Origin: a virus
Taxonomy: Duplodnaviria; Caudoviricetes
DNA: 64,000 bases
Virus record (IMG/VR): IMGVR_UViG_3300034065_000151
Span: 1-64,000 of that record
Direction: 5' to 3' (one strand)
Position numbers and translations under genes: made by a program. The notes beneath the pieces were generated by a model. It was not told the DNA's origin. It did no database searches and saw nothing but the letters and a program-made list of their open reading frames with translations. Shown in pieces: positions 9,081 through 18,889 of the stretch (the first letter of the stretch is position 1; every line of letters begins with the position of its first letter).

Positions 9081-10661
9081 TTAATTTGGTGGACTATCTG
9101 CTGTATATACATTATGTAATGATTTTAATAATGTGGTATCATCAGCATCTAAAATCACATCAGATTTGTCACTAACTAAGTTAAGTGATGTTTGAGGTAT
9201 CACATCAGAAGTATCACTGCTTAAACTAACTGTTGGAGTTGGTTTTGAAGTTAATTGCTTTAAAGTAATAACATCAATTGCTTGTTGTTCCTTCATTGTT
9301 TTGGTCATATCAACATCCCAAGCTGGGGATTTCATTATTTCTTCGGCCATAACAATTGGTTCAGGATCTTCTGAAGTTTTAGTTTCATCTTCAGGTAAGA
9401 TAGCATAATTTAAATTACCAAATCGTTTAGTATCACCATCATATGGTTTCAAAAGAAATTCTTTAGTGTTGAATGACTCAGGTCTTGGCTCAAATGATTC
9501 CCTAACCTGATCTAACATTTTTTCCAATTTTGGTTGTTCTGTAGGAATAACTTCTTCAACCACTGGAGCAATAATTTCAGGTTCATTCATCGTTGTTTCA
9601 ACAACAGGAACTACCTCGGGAGCAGGTTCAGGTGTTAAATGTGCCAGAATATTTTCATGCTTTAATTTCTTTTCAGCAGCCACCTGTTCAGCTTCTTTAA
9701 TAGCTTCAACTTCTGCAGCCATATTTTGCATACTCAATTCAAAATCTTCTTGGGTCTCATAAAGATCACCCCATCGTTTTTGTAAGTATTCATCATGCCA
9801 TTTAGGAACTACTGCTGAAATAACCTCTTTAGGTTCTTCAACAACTTGTTCTTCAGCCAATGGCCAACCCATTTCAACTGGTTCTGGATTAACCCAATGA
9901 ACATCTTTAGTTTCTGGATCAACTTTTAAAACCTGACCTACTTTACCAACTTCTAATGCCTTAAAAGCTTTCTCGGCTTTAATTCTTTGTCGGCGGGCAA
10001 TCAAAAAGTTAGCATTGATAAGTGATGCAACAGCAAGTGGATCAAATACAAATATTAAAGTAAATATAACCCAAACAACTGCATGTTCTGTATCTGTGTT
10101 AAATACTTTGGCAATGTAAATAATCGGGCCCACTTCAACATCTTTTTTAAGTGATGCAACTTTTAATGCTGGAAGTTGTTTATCAATTTCTTCAAGACGC
10201 TTATTAATGCGGCCAACCTCAGGACCAAACTGTCGCATTAATGATGTTCTACCTCTTACATTATTATCTGGAAGTTTAGCAATCTGGGCATCAATTTCTT
10301 CTTTACGTTTTTGAAGTTTTGTTTGTTCTGCTGATGTTGCATCAAGGATAACAGTATCTTGGTTTGTTCCAGAGATTGCTTTCTGAAATGATCCAGACAA
10401 ATAACCAAAAGCACCAGCTGATGTAATAGTCATAAGGACAATACAAGCTGCCACCATATACACTTTCATAGTGATACCAACCTCTTTCCAGTACTTATAA
10501 GTAAAGGAAACGGTAACTAATTTACCAACATCTAGTGCTACCGCTAAAGCAATGATAACAGGATCAGATGCAAAGAGGGCAGACAAACCGATAACAGAAA
10601 CAAAAGTTCCTATACTTTCGATTCCTAACGCAGTTAAAAGCATTAAAATTATAAAAAACAT
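9081..10661 (-). CDS. membrane protein with coiled coil and long acidic tail
   Basis: Three N-terminal TM helices, coiled coil, EVGPIIYIA, IFVFDPLA TM, E/P-rich tail. Confidence 0.75.
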   Translation of the reverse strand: MFFIILMLLTALGIESIGTFVSVIGLSALFASDPVIIALAVALDVGKLVTVSFTYKYWKEVGITMKVYMVAACIVLMTITSAGAFGYLSGSFQKAISGTNQDTVILDATSAEQTKLQKRKEEIDAQIAKLPDNNVRGRTSLMRQFGPEVGRINKRLEEIDKQLPALKVASLKKDVEVGPIIYIAKVFNTDTEHAVVWVIFTLIFVFDPLAVASLINANFLIARRQRIKAEKAFKALEVGKVGQVLKVDPETKDVHWVNPEPVEMGWPLAEEQVVEEPKEVISAVVPKWHDEYLQKRWGDLYETQEDFELSMQNMAAEVEAIKEAEQVAAEKKLKHENILAHLTPEPAPEVVPVVETTMNEPEIIAPVVEEVIPTEQPKLEKMLDQVRESFEPRPESFNTKEFLLKPYDGDTKRFGNLNYAILPEDETKTSEDPEPIVMAEEIMKSPAWDVDMTKTMKEQQAIDVITLKQLTSKPTPTVSLSSDTSDVIPQTSLNLVSDKSDVILDADDTTLLKSLHNVYTADSPPN

Positions 10662-10996
10662 TATGGGCCAATCAAAGGAATAGTTAAAATAAGAGCTGTC
10701 ATATGAAGGGCTTGATCTATACCAATCACCACAAAGAACCAGTGCACTTCATTCTTTTGCCAAAGATGTGACGTAATTCTTGATGAGATATAGTCTGTTA
10801 TTATATGAGCAGTAAAATTTGCTAGAGCATATTTCCATCCAAAGAAAACAAGGAATGGTAAGCTGTAGGTAGAGACATGGGTGAAAAGCCACCCATTGGA
10901 TTTACTTTTGCCTCGGGCCATTTTATCTGATTGTAGTACAAAATCAGCAAGGACATGAAGCCAAATTATAGCGAGAAGTAAGTAGATTGAAATCAT
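10661..10996 (-). CDS. DUF3307-like membrane protein
   Basis: [22 protein letters not shown]. Confidence 0.75.
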   Translation of the reverse strand: MISIYLLLAIIWLHVLADFVLQSDKMARGKSKSNGWLFTHVSTYSLPFLVFFGWKYALANFTAHIITDYISSRITSHLWQKNEVHWFFVVIGIDQALHMTALILTIPLIGP

Positions 10997-11313
10997 ACGT
11001 AATCGTAGGTTACACTTTCATCATCAGCAACTGCAATAACTTTAGCAGCATCGGATTTCCAAAATGTGTGTTCTTTATGTTTAACAACGGTTGTCCATTT
11101 TAAAGCTTCAACTAAAACAATATTACCAGGAGCAAAATCCTTGATATCTTTGCCTACTGCCAGAACTTTAACCCAACGAGCACGGTCAGCTTGATGTGAC
11201 ATATCCTGGTTAGTTAAAATGATGGAACCTTTATTCTTTTCAATAAACTGTCCACCTGCAGTATCACTACAAAATTCAAATAAAAAAGCGTCCTTGACTG
11301 GTTTAAAAACCAT
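10993..11313 (-). CDS. GroES/gp31-like co-chaperonin
   Basis: FKPVKD..IIL..VLAVGKD....PG.IVLV. Confidence 0.75.
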   Translation of the reverse strand: MVFKPVKDAFLFEFCSDTAGGQFIEKNKGSIILTNQDMSHQADRARWVKVLAVGKDIKDFAPGNIVLVEALKWTTVVKHKEHTFWKSDAAKVIAVADDESVTYDYV

Positions 11314-11342
11314 AATTAATTCTCCAAAATTTAGTTGTTTAA

Positions 11343-11618
11343 TTACTTAGTAGCTTTTTTGCTATCTGTAGTTGGTGCAGGTGTATCAGTAGTTGCTGCT
11401 GATATTGCTGCGGATTCAACTGCAATCGAAAGAGCTGCTGGTAATGGGGCTGGCGTAGTAATATAGTTAACTTGTGATTTACCACCATCACGCTCATCAA
11501 TAAACTTTCTGCGCTGATTAACACTTACAGAGATTGGTTTAGAGGTGAGATGTTGTTTAATTGCAAGTAAATCAAAATCCACTATTGTACCGCGGGCACT
11601 TCGTGCTGTTTTTGCCAT
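11343..11618 (-). CDS. hypothetical late protein
   Basis: ORF with GGAG RBS, downstream of TATAAATA. Confidence 0.65.
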   Translation of the reverse strand: MAKTARSARGTIVDFDLLAIKQHLTSKPISVSVNQRRKFIDERDGGKSQVNYITTPAPLPAALSIAVESAAISAATTDTPAPTTDSKKATK

Positions 11619-11662
11619 TTAAGAATTCTCCGAAAAAGGTCATTTATTAATAAATACTATGT

Positions 11663-11670
11663 TATTTATA
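11663..11670 (-). promoter_or_regulatory. T4-type late promoter TATAAATA
   Basis: Exact T4 late consensus in an intergenic gap. Confidence 0.7.
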
Positions 11671-11871
11671 GTTTATTTTCGGAGAGTATTTTTATTTCTT
11701 CAGGAAAAGCTTACTTATAATAATTGTTGGAATACTTATAAAGAAACATACCACTCTATTCCTACGCTTCGTTGAAAACACATCTGTCAACAAATACAAA
11801 ACACTGCAAATAGTCCAGATAATTAGTAATAAAACAATAATAACAATAGTAGAAAAACTCATTTAAGTTCC

Positions 11872-12414
11872 TTAATCATGGAAAAATTCGGTCATTGGAA
11901 TGTTATATTTGATCGGGTTTACTTTATGGATACCGATCAAATATAGGATAAGGGAAGCACAAGAAGATCCTCGACCGACTCCCCATACAGTGTTTGTTTC
12001 TTTTAATTTATCGACGATGTAAATGATAGTCTTGAATAGATATTCTGTATTATTCTTCTTAATCTCAGCAAGTTCCGCTTCAACCCTAGCCACATAAATT
12101 CGTCGTAGTTCTTCCGTAAAAGTTGGATCATGTTTAATCATGTCTCCAATTTTATCCAAACTATATAGTGCAATATCAGTAGTTTGATATCTAACTGGTA
12201 TCTGATACTGATGACGAATTCGCCCATTAGCTTCTTTACCTATAACAATAGGATCATCAGCCATTGAATTATATTTTTCGACATCAGGATTTGTATGGGT
12301 AATTGCTATCTTATCGATGGCAACACCCAATAAAAGGAATTCAGAAATAAGCAAGGGATCAACCTCACTTATTCCATCATACCAAAGAACCCGATCTTTT
12401 AACTGGGTTTTCAT
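11872..12414 (-). CDS. DNA polymerase III alpha (DnaE)-like, N-terminal piece
   Basis: Y.ARVEAEL..I..YIVD..WGVGRGSSCASLILYLIGIHKVNPIKYNIPMTEFF. Confidence 0.85.
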   Translation of the reverse strand: MKTQLKDRVLWYDGISEVDPLLISEFLLLGVAIDKIAITHTNPDVEKYNSMADDPIVIGKEANGRIRHQYQIPVRYQTTDIALYSLDKIGDMIKHDPTFTEELRRIYVARVEAELAEIKKNNTEYLFKTIIYIVDKLKETNTVWGVGRGSSCASLILYLIGIHKVNPIKYNIPMTEFFHD

Positions 12415-13058
12415 TTCAAGCCATTAGCCACAATCGCACGGGTAAGTTTACCAAAGATTGCATCAAAGAACTTAGCAACATGTTTACCCAATTTGATTAA
12501 CAGGTCAACAAAAGCTGTATGAACAATCACGAATGGCCATGTAAAAATCCATGAAGTGATACGATCAACTTGTTGAACTGCAGCAGGATTGATTTCAGTA
12601 ATCAACTGATCCAATGAAGTAATTTGTAAGCCAGATGCTTTTTGGTTAATAAGACGACCAATTATATTGGTGTAATTACCACCACGTGAAGTGATTCGAT
12701 CATACAATTTCTTCAAGTGTTCAGCATTGGTTGCATCAAAGGTACCAAGATCACGAGTCAAATTTGCTTTGATATCTGCAAGTTCAGATGCAAATTTAAA
12801 GCTGGACTGAATCCATTTAAGGAAAGCAACACCAACACCAATACCCAAATACAATGGAATGTGGTGGAATAGAATTTCTTTCCAACCAATTGAATTGACA
12901 TAAGTTTCAACATCACCAATCAAGTAGTATGCTAAACCACTAGCAATAAAGATCATAGTGACAGACCAACCATAGAAGTCTTGTTCAATCAGAAACACTT
13001 CTACAAGTGAAAAGACAACAACTAAAGCGATTAAAAACAAAAAAGATAATGCAAACAT
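12411..13058 (-). CDS. membrane protein
   Basis: 3-4 TM segments. Confidence 0.65.
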   Translation of the reverse strand: MFALSFLFLIALVVVFSLVEVFLIEQDFYGWSVTMIFIASGLAYYLIGDVETYVNSIGWKEILFHHIPLYLGIGVGVAFLKWIQSSFKFASELADIKANLTRDLGTFDATNAEHLKKLYDRITSRGGNYTNIIGRLINQKASGLQITSLDQLITEINPAAVQQVDRITSWIFTWPFVIVHTAFVDLLIKLGKHVAKFFDAIFGKLTRAIVANGLK

Positions 13059-13066
13059 GGTTTTCC

Positions 13067-13303
13067 TTACAAAATTTTATTCAATGTTTCTAGGGCAAAC
13101 TTCCTAGATACGGTTTCAGGGACAGTAACATAAGGAAATTCACAATAGAATCGTGCAGGTCCCCAATTACCAGTTGTTAAAAAAGACTTGTAACTTTCAC
13201 AATGTCTTCGGTTAGTAGGATCAAATTCTTCGCGCTTCAACATATTTTTACGCAAAAGATGTGATTGCAAACGTTCATCACTTGTTTCTACAAAGTTCGG
13301 CAT
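13067..13303 (-). CDS. hypothetical protein
   Basis: FDPTN..H..F...GNWG..RF.CE.PY. Confidence 0.6.
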   Translation of the reverse strand: MPNFVETSDERLQSHLLRKNMLKREEFDPTNRRHCESYKSFLTTGNWGPARFYCEFPYVTVPETVSRKFALETLNKIL

Positions 13304-13443
13304 TTTTCAAATTCCTTTTTAGTTCTTTCAATTTCATCAATCAAATGCTGGAAAATGTCAACTTGTGGATGACAGTTTTCCAACGCATAAGTTAAACCAC
13401 GTTCAGCAATACGTCTTAAAACTTCTAACTGTTCTTCAACCAT
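13288..13443 (-). CDS. 51-aa hypothetical protein (below cutoff)
   Basis: Manual translation MVEEQLEVLRRIAERGLTYALENCHPQVDIFQHLIDEIERTKKEFEKCRTL; TAATG coupling. Confidence 0.55.
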   Translation of the reverse strand: MVEEQLEVLRRIAERGLTYALENCHPQVDIFQHLIDEIERTKKEFEKCRTL

Positions 13444-14030
13444 TAGAATATGCACTTCAGTGAAACAATCAATGTTACTAGACTTACAACACCGGCAGAT
13501 AATAATTTTACAGCTGCTGCATCACATTCAAGTTCAATAGCCTTGATAACCTTACGGTTCCACATACCCCACAAGAATGGTTTGTATTCATATTCAACTG
13601 AACGAGTATATAGTGCTTGTCCCTTAAGCAAATAAATTGCCACTGATAGACCAGCAAGTAAAATAAATACACCAACTAATACCCCAATTACGGACTGACC
13701 AATTACCTTATAAACAACAACGGCGACTGTAACTTGTCCAAGTGGAGTAGCAGCAAATTCATTAGCGGCAACACCAACTTCTTTTGCAGCACCAACTAAT
13801 GCTTTACCCATATTTGAACCAAGGTCACCCCAAGCTTCTGCTTCAGAACGAACTGTTGCTGAGACATTTTTGATATCCCCACTTTTTTGAGCCAATGCAT
13901 CTTGGCGCATTTTAGCAGCTTGTACTTCAAGTTCTGCTTTTTGTGCTTCAGATAAACCAACAGTTCCAACTTCTGCCATAGCACCCATAGATAATACAGC
14001 AATTAATAGACCTACAAATATTTGTTTCAT
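13443..14030 (-). CDS. exported/membrane protein
   Basis: Signal peptide plus TM helices. Confidence 0.65.
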   Translation of the reverse strand: MKQIFVGLLIAVLSMGAMAEVGTVGLSEAQKAELEVQAAKMRQDALAQKSGDIKNVSATVRSEAEAWGDLGSNMGKALVGAAKEVGVAANEFAATPLGQVTVAVVVYKVIGQSVIGVLVGVFILLAGLSVAIYLLKGQALYTRSVEYEYKPFLWGMWNRKVIKAIELECDAAAVKLLSAGVVSLVTLIVSLKCIF

Positions 14031-14560
14031 GTTTCACCTTTTAAATGATCAACGATAATGTTATACTTCTTAAGTAAATTGATGCCTGCAGTTCTCTTAT
14101 GTGGAGTTCTGTAGACAACACGTGTAACTTGTGCTTGGATAATCATTTTAGCACAATCAATACAAGGCGCTAAGGTAACATATAATGTTCCACCTTTTGC
14201 ACCCAAACCACCTCTACGACAAATTTTCATTAAAGCATTTGCTTCAGCATGAAAGACTTCAGGCTTTGTTTTCTGTATCCATGGAAATGGACTTGCTACT
14301 TGTTGGAATCCTTGTGGGATTTCAATCCATTCTTCACATACATCACTTGAAGAACCAGCAGGCATACCATTATATCCATCTGATATAATTTGTTCGTCTT
14401 TAATAATTAGTGTACCAACTTGGAATTTGTTGGCTTTAGATCGCTTTGCCCAAATTTCAGCCATTTGCATATAGGCTTCATCCTTGACAAGTCGACAAGG
14501 ATTTTCGGTGATTGATGGTGGATCTTCTGGATATTCAGGTTCAGTGTAGTATTCGGTCAT
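14027..14560 (-). CDS. dCMP deaminase
   Basis: GYNG.P.G, HAEANA, PCIDC; start placed at MTEYY. Confidence 0.92.
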   Translation of the reverse strand: MTEYYTEPEYPEDPPSITENPCRLVKDEAYMQMAEIWAKRSKANKFQVGTLIIKDEQIISDGYNGMPAGSSSDVCEEWIEIPQGFQQVASPFPWIQKTKPEVFHAEANALMKICRRGGLGAKGGTLYVTLAPCIDCAKMIIQAQVTRVVYRTPHKRTAGINLLKKYNIIVDHLKGET

Positions 14561-14903
14561 CTTTTTCCTGTTGTAATGTATCCACTGCGGCAATTTCAAA
14601 ATCTGCTTCGAGGTCTCGAATGACCTCACGGATTATATTGAAAAGCGTTAATTGTTTGTGTTCTATTTGGTCAGCAAGTTCGGCATACAAACCTTCGGCA
14701 AGTACACCGGATTTTCCCGCTGACATAATATAAGTTTGGCATCCTTGTTCTTCATCGGGTTCAGCACCATCATAATACTTGACGCCTAATACAAGCACTG
14801 CAACGTCTTGATGTTGATCAACTTCTTTATCCAAACTATCAGAAGCGGTTGCAATCACCTGAATAAATTCATCAACATTTTCTACATTACTATCTATTGC
14901 CAT
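14541..14903 (-). CDS. acidic hypothetical protein
   Basis: AGGAG RBS; D/E-rich. Confidence 0.6.
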   Translation of the reverse strand: MAIDSNVENVDEFIQVIATASDSLDKEVDQHQDVAVLVLGVKYYDGAEPDEEQGCQTYIMSAGKSGVLAEGLYAELADQIEHKQLTLFNIIREVIRDLEADFEIAAVDTLQQEKDDRILH

Positions 14904-14936
14904 GGCTTTAAATCTCCTATAAGAAATCTTATTATA

Positions 14937-16493
14937 TCATGATTTCTCATCAGATGGAGCAGTCACATCAATTAATTCATGTAATGTGCGTGTAATGGCA
15001 ACATATTCCAAATTACTTTCTTGTTCTTGCTGCCACTGTTTCTTAGCATAAGGACTTGGCATGTATTTCGCACGACCTAATAAGAACACACGAATCCATT
15101 CACGTCCCTTACTACGATGAATAGTTGACAAAGTTAAAACATCAGGAACAGTACCATCTGGTGTGTTACCAAACATTTTTTCGATATCTATTACTAAATC
15201 ATCAACAGTTGTTTTCTTGCCAAGCAAGCAGCGAGTAATAACAACACGTAAACAATCAAGTTGGTCAACCAAACTTTCAATACGTTCTTCTTGACCTTTG
15301 CTCATGAATTTTGCTGTCTCACGACCTTGATGTTCATCAAGTTTAGTAATCAGTTTGTCAAGAGATTTGATTTTCCACCGACGTGCTAATTTGATAAGAC
15401 CTGTACCAATTTCACGACCTTCAACACGACATGCAATACCTTTGGATAACAAAGAGTATGCAGTTTGTACTAATGGTGCAGTATTACGGCAAAGGATAAC
15501 ATCTTTAGAAGACAAAGATTGGGAAGCCAATTCAGCATATTCAATTGCACGAATCACACCTTCTTTAGCAGAAGGATGAGCTTGGAAATCACAAACTAAT
15601 TTAGCAGCTTGTGCAACTACTAATTTAGGACAGCGATAGGTGACATTCAATGGAAGTGTCTTAGCATTAGTTGCTTTCTTCAATTGGCCCATTGAATTAG
15701 AATCAGCACCCGTGAAACCATAAATGGCTTGTTTGTCATCACCAACAAAGATCATACGACCGGTTTTTGGTTTCAACATTGCTAATGCTAATGCACGACG
15801 AGCGGGATTTGTGTCTTGTGATTCATCCAACAAAACCCAATCTTTTGGCCAAAAACGTGCACGATGATAAAGTGGAGCTAAGATCATATCATCAAAGTCA
15901 ATCATTTCTTTACATTGACTTAATGAGATTTTGTAAACAACAATGGCTTGGTTGATAACATCTTGTGGTTCAACACCTTCAAGAACATCATTTTCAATAC
16001 CAAAGTGATCCCAAATATCAAACCATACTGCATGGTCATCAATCGGACAAAGATGACCAACAGCACGTTGCTTTGCTAAAGAGCAAAGTTTGATAATTGC
16101 ATCACGGTTGTCATAGTAGGCAATATTATTTGTGTTTAAATCGGCACAAATAAAAGAGAGTTTGGAGGATTCGATTTTAACAGATGGAGCAACTTTGCGC
16201 CATGCAGCATATCCAAATGAATGAACAGTTCCAGCTTGGGCAATACGCCAATCATATTTGGTTGCTGTTAACTTATCTTTAAGTTCATCAGCAATCTTTT
16301 TGTTGTATGCCATAATAGCACAATCACCAAGTTTGTATTTGACGATCGCATCAACAACTTTCATGAGAGTGTATGTTTTGCCACAGCCCGCACGTGCAAG
16401 CAGTTCAAGGGAACCTGTATCTTCAACTACCCATTTGATAACATCAAACTGTTGTTCAGAAAGATTAATCCAATCGTTAGTTTCGCATATCAT
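14937..16493 (-). CDS. UvrD/Rep-like SF1 helicase
   Basis: ARAGCGKT, DESQD, VGD..QAIYGF.GA, TYRCP, STIHRSKGREW, YVAITR. Confidence 0.92.
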   Translation of the reverse strand: MICETNDWINLSEQQFDVIKWVVEDTGSLELLARAGCGKTYTLMKVVDAIVKYKLGDCAIMAYNKKIADELKDKLTATKYDWRIAQAGTVHSFGYAAWRKVAPSVKIESSKLSFICADLNTNNIAYYDNRDAIIKLCSLAKQRAVGHLCPIDDHAVWFDIWDHFGIENDVLEGVEPQDVINQAIVVYKISLSQCKEMIDFDDMILAPLYHRARFWPKDWVLLDESQDTNPARRALALAMLKPKTGRMIFVGDDKQAIYGFTGADSNSMGQLKKATNAKTLPLNVTYRCPKLVVAQAAKLVCDFQAHPSAKEGVIRAIEYAELASQSLSSKDVILCRNTAPLVQTAYSLLSKGIACRVEGREIGTGLIKLARRWKIKSLDKLITKLDEHQGRETAKFMSKGQEERIESLVDQLDCLRVVITRCLLGKKTTVDDLVIDIEKMFGNTPDGTVPDVLTLSTIHRSKGREWIRVFLLGRAKYMPSPYAKKQWQQEQESNLEYVAITRTLHELIDVTAPSDEKS

Positions 16494-16518
16494 AGCCAGC
16501 TCCTTAAAGTATGAAGTA

Positions 16519-16569
16519 ATTATACTTTAACTTAAAAGCTATGTACACATTTAAATTGTAACGGAATTA
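16519..16569 (-). promoter_or_regulatory. sigma70-type early promoter with conserved 23-bp upstream element
   Basis: TGTACA-17-TATAAT; 16547-16569 identical to 35961-35983. Confidence 0.75.
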
Positions 16570-17076
16570 ATGATGCCAATAAAAGATACAAGTATTATTA
16601 AGCTTCATTTCAAATAACTGTTTAGTTATTATATTGAACTCATTTCGGATTTCTTCACCAATATTCAAATATAAATCCATTACCTGAAAAGTATTAGGAT
16701 TTGGACCGTAATAATCATGTTTAGAAAATCCAGTCACCTCACTAAAAGATTGATATGTTTGAGTCATAATAGTTGGATATTTTGCAACCATTCTATCACA
16801 TGCAGCATAAGCAGCTTCAACTGCTAAATCTCTAATTGTGCCAATTTGCACTTGTGAAAATCCAGCACGTTGTAATTGATCAATTACATAATCTTTAGGA
16901 AGCATCCTAAGTGGATCTTTTGTTATTAAGAATTTAGCAACATGAAATCCAATTTTATTTTTGAAACCAAGTGGTGGTTTATTACCATAAACAAAATCAA
17001 TAATATTAGCTGTGCTATATATTCTATCACTAACACTATGTCGTAATTCTCGTGATTGTCGTGAATGTTCAGTCAT
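16567..17076 (-). CDS. hypothetical protein
   Basis: 169-aa ORF. Confidence 0.6.
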   Translation of the reverse strand: MTEHSRQSRELRHSVSDRIYSTANIIDFVYGNKPPLGFKNKIGFHVAKFLITKDPLRMLPKDYVIDQLQRAGFSQVQIGTIRDLAVEAAYAACDRMVAKYPTIMTQTYQSFSEVTGFSKHDYYGPNPNTFQVMDLYLNIGEEIRNEFNIITKQLFEMKLNNTCIFYWHH

Positions 17077-17578
17077 ATGATCTTTCTACAAGTGCATGTT
17101 TGTTATCTGCACGATGAAAACATTTAGTATCATTGAATTCACTTGGCTTTATTATTAACCTGGAATATTGATAGATGCCACAAAATTTAAATTGCCATGG
17201 ATTCTTTGGATCAAACTGTTCAAAGGCTGTAATAAACACATCACCACCTTTCATTACAATTTTATTCCATTCTGGCCATTCAGTTCTACCGATTGTCCAG
17301 GTGACAGCGGGTTTACCTTTATTGTAATTATATAAAGCTACCTTATCATCCATCATTATTTTCTCACCAGTTGGAGTAATAATAGTTCTATCTAATGGAT
17401 GGGTATCTTCATATGCTTCAAAAATATAACCACGTGAATCTAATTGCAAAGAATGTTCTGATTGTACTGTAAGACCGATAAAAAGATTATGTTTGTGTGC
17501 ATACAAGGAATGCAGATATGATATCACATCATTCCTTGGCTGCAGAACATCACCTGTTTTTAAATAGGTGTATTTCAT
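17069..17578 (-). CDS. hypothetical protein
   Basis: 169-aa ORF, ATGA-coupled. Confidence 0.6.
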   Translation of the reverse strand: MKYTYLKTGDVLQPRNDVISYLHSLYAHKHNLFIGLTVQSEHSLQLDSRGYIFEAYEDTHPLDRTIITPTGEKIMMDDKVALYNYNKGKPAVTWTIGRTEWPEWNKIVMKGGDVFITAFEQFDPKNPWQFKFCGIYQYSRLIIKPSEFNDTKCFHRADNKHALVERSYD

Positions 17579-18360
17579 TTAAAGATTTCCTGTGCTTTAA
17601 GATCATTCTTGATATAACCAAGCTTGATATCTTCAACAACAGTTCTTTCAACTGTATCACCGATTTTACCAGTTCGATGTTTTTCTGGTATCAGTTTATA
17701 GGATTCTTCATTGATAAGAACTTGCTTAACAACTCGCTGAAGGAAAGTTCCTGTTTTAAAGAATGCTGGTTCATCTTCCCATGGCTTATCAAGCCCACGA
17801 AGCATTGACTTCTTCATTTGGCTACCAACACCATGAAGTTGTTTAGCAGAGAAATGTGCTTGTGCTGCCATGCTGATTGAGTTCTTGATACAATCGTCTT
17901 GACGCCATAGGTAGTTCAAGTACACATCATTCTTTGATTCAACATTCCAAACCCTGCAATCGAAAATCTGAACAGTTCCAGTTTTTTCAGGAAGGTACTC
18001 AGCAAGTTTTTGGCAAAAGAATCCACTAGCCATACCTGCAAGTACAGAGGTTAGCTTTTGAAATTTACCATCAAACATGTAAAGTGATTCTGGATTTTCA
18101 GGATCATTCCACCAGCAAAGAGTTATTTCATCTGATTGAGTATAACCGATTTTTGCATGTGTATGTTTAACAAGATATTCAGTTGTAGCAACCATAAGAT
18201 TGGTCAACCGAGTATCATAAGGACGTTGTAGTCCTTTAGTAAAGGTATGGAAAGCACGACCATCAAGACGTGCCATCAGTGGTTTGTTTGGATCAGCTTT
18301 ACGACCGGCTTCAAGTTGTTCTTGAGCTTTAAGGTAGTCACCCATTTTATCTTTGTTCAT
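17575..18360 (-). CDS. tRNA(His) guanylyltransferase Thg1-like (3'-5' polymerase)
   Basis: ARLDGRAFH.FT, YTQSDEI, FDGK.QKL.S, FDCR, WRQ.DC.KNS. Confidence 0.93.
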   Translation of the reverse strand: MNKDKMGDYLKAQEQLEAGRKADPNKPLMARLDGRAFHTFTKGLQRPYDTRLTNLMVATTEYLVKHTHAKIGYTQSDEITLCWWNDPENPESLYMFDGKFQKLTSVLAGMASGFFCQKLAEYLPEKTGTVQIFDCRVWNVESKNDVYLNYLWRQDDCIKNSISMAAQAHFSAKQLHGVGSQMKKSMLRGLDKPWEDEPAFFKTGTFLQRVVKQVLINEESYKLIPEKHRTGKIGDTVERTVVEDIKLGYIKNDLKAQEIFK

Positions 18361-18368
18361 ATCATTCC

Positions 18369-18827
18369 TTAAACAGTGTCTAATTCTTCAACATATTCAT
18401 CGCCCAATATAATTGGTTCATTGAATGGTTTGAGTGTATCTAATATACTACGATCGACATTAAATGCGATTGTAATGTGTGGTTGATAAACCGGAAAATC
18501 GTAAGTCAAATTATATTTGGCCATCAATCGTATATGTCTTGCATATAAAGCAGGACAATTCAATTTCATTACTAATACACCAGGATTACCTTTAGCATCA
18601 GAAAATATATCATACCCAATACAATCAGCTGTAAATGTGCGAGTTGGATTGACTTCAATATCTTTATTGTATTTTCTACTAAAGATTACAGTGGTATGTA
18701 ATCGACGTTCAAATTCTGAAGACTTTATATCAAGGCCTTCAAAATGTTTAATAAATGTGTCTCTGGATGGTTGTAAAACACGAACAGCCACATATGAACC
18801 CTGTGGCACTATTTCAGACATTTTCAT
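18369..18827 (-). CDS. 2H phosphoesterase, T4 gp57B/Acb1-like anti-CBASS nuclease
   Basis: G.YVA, LHTTVIFSR, YDFPVYQPHITIA (two HxT motifs), EY.E.LD C-terminus. Confidence 0.78.
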   Translation of the reverse strand: MKMSEIVPQGSYVAVRVLQPSRDTFIKHFEGLDIKSSEFERRLHTTVIFSRKYNKDIEVNPTRTFTADCIGYDIFSDAKGNPGVLVMKLNCPALYARHIRLMAKYNLTYDFPVYQPHITIAFNVDRSILDTLKPFNEPIILGDEYVEELDTV

Positions 18828-18855
18828 AATACTCCCTAATGATTATTATGATTGT

Positions 18856-18884
18856 ATTATATCACATAATCACTAAAAAGTATA
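18856..18884 (-). promoter_or_regulatory. sigma70-type promoter
   Basis: TATACT-17-TATAAT with TG extension, upstream of the Acb1-like gene. Confidence 0.6.
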
Positions 18885-18889
18885 TTTGA

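Noticed and set aside
11619-11871. Longest intergenic gap as an ncRNA or replication origin
   Set aside because: AT-rich with a late promoter, but no iterons, tRNA fold or convincing structure seen.
18369-18827. Acb1-like N-terminus MKMSEI as a variant packaging leader
   Set aside because: Weak similarity, no Glu at position 10-11, and the gene follows a sigma70-type rather than a late promoter.
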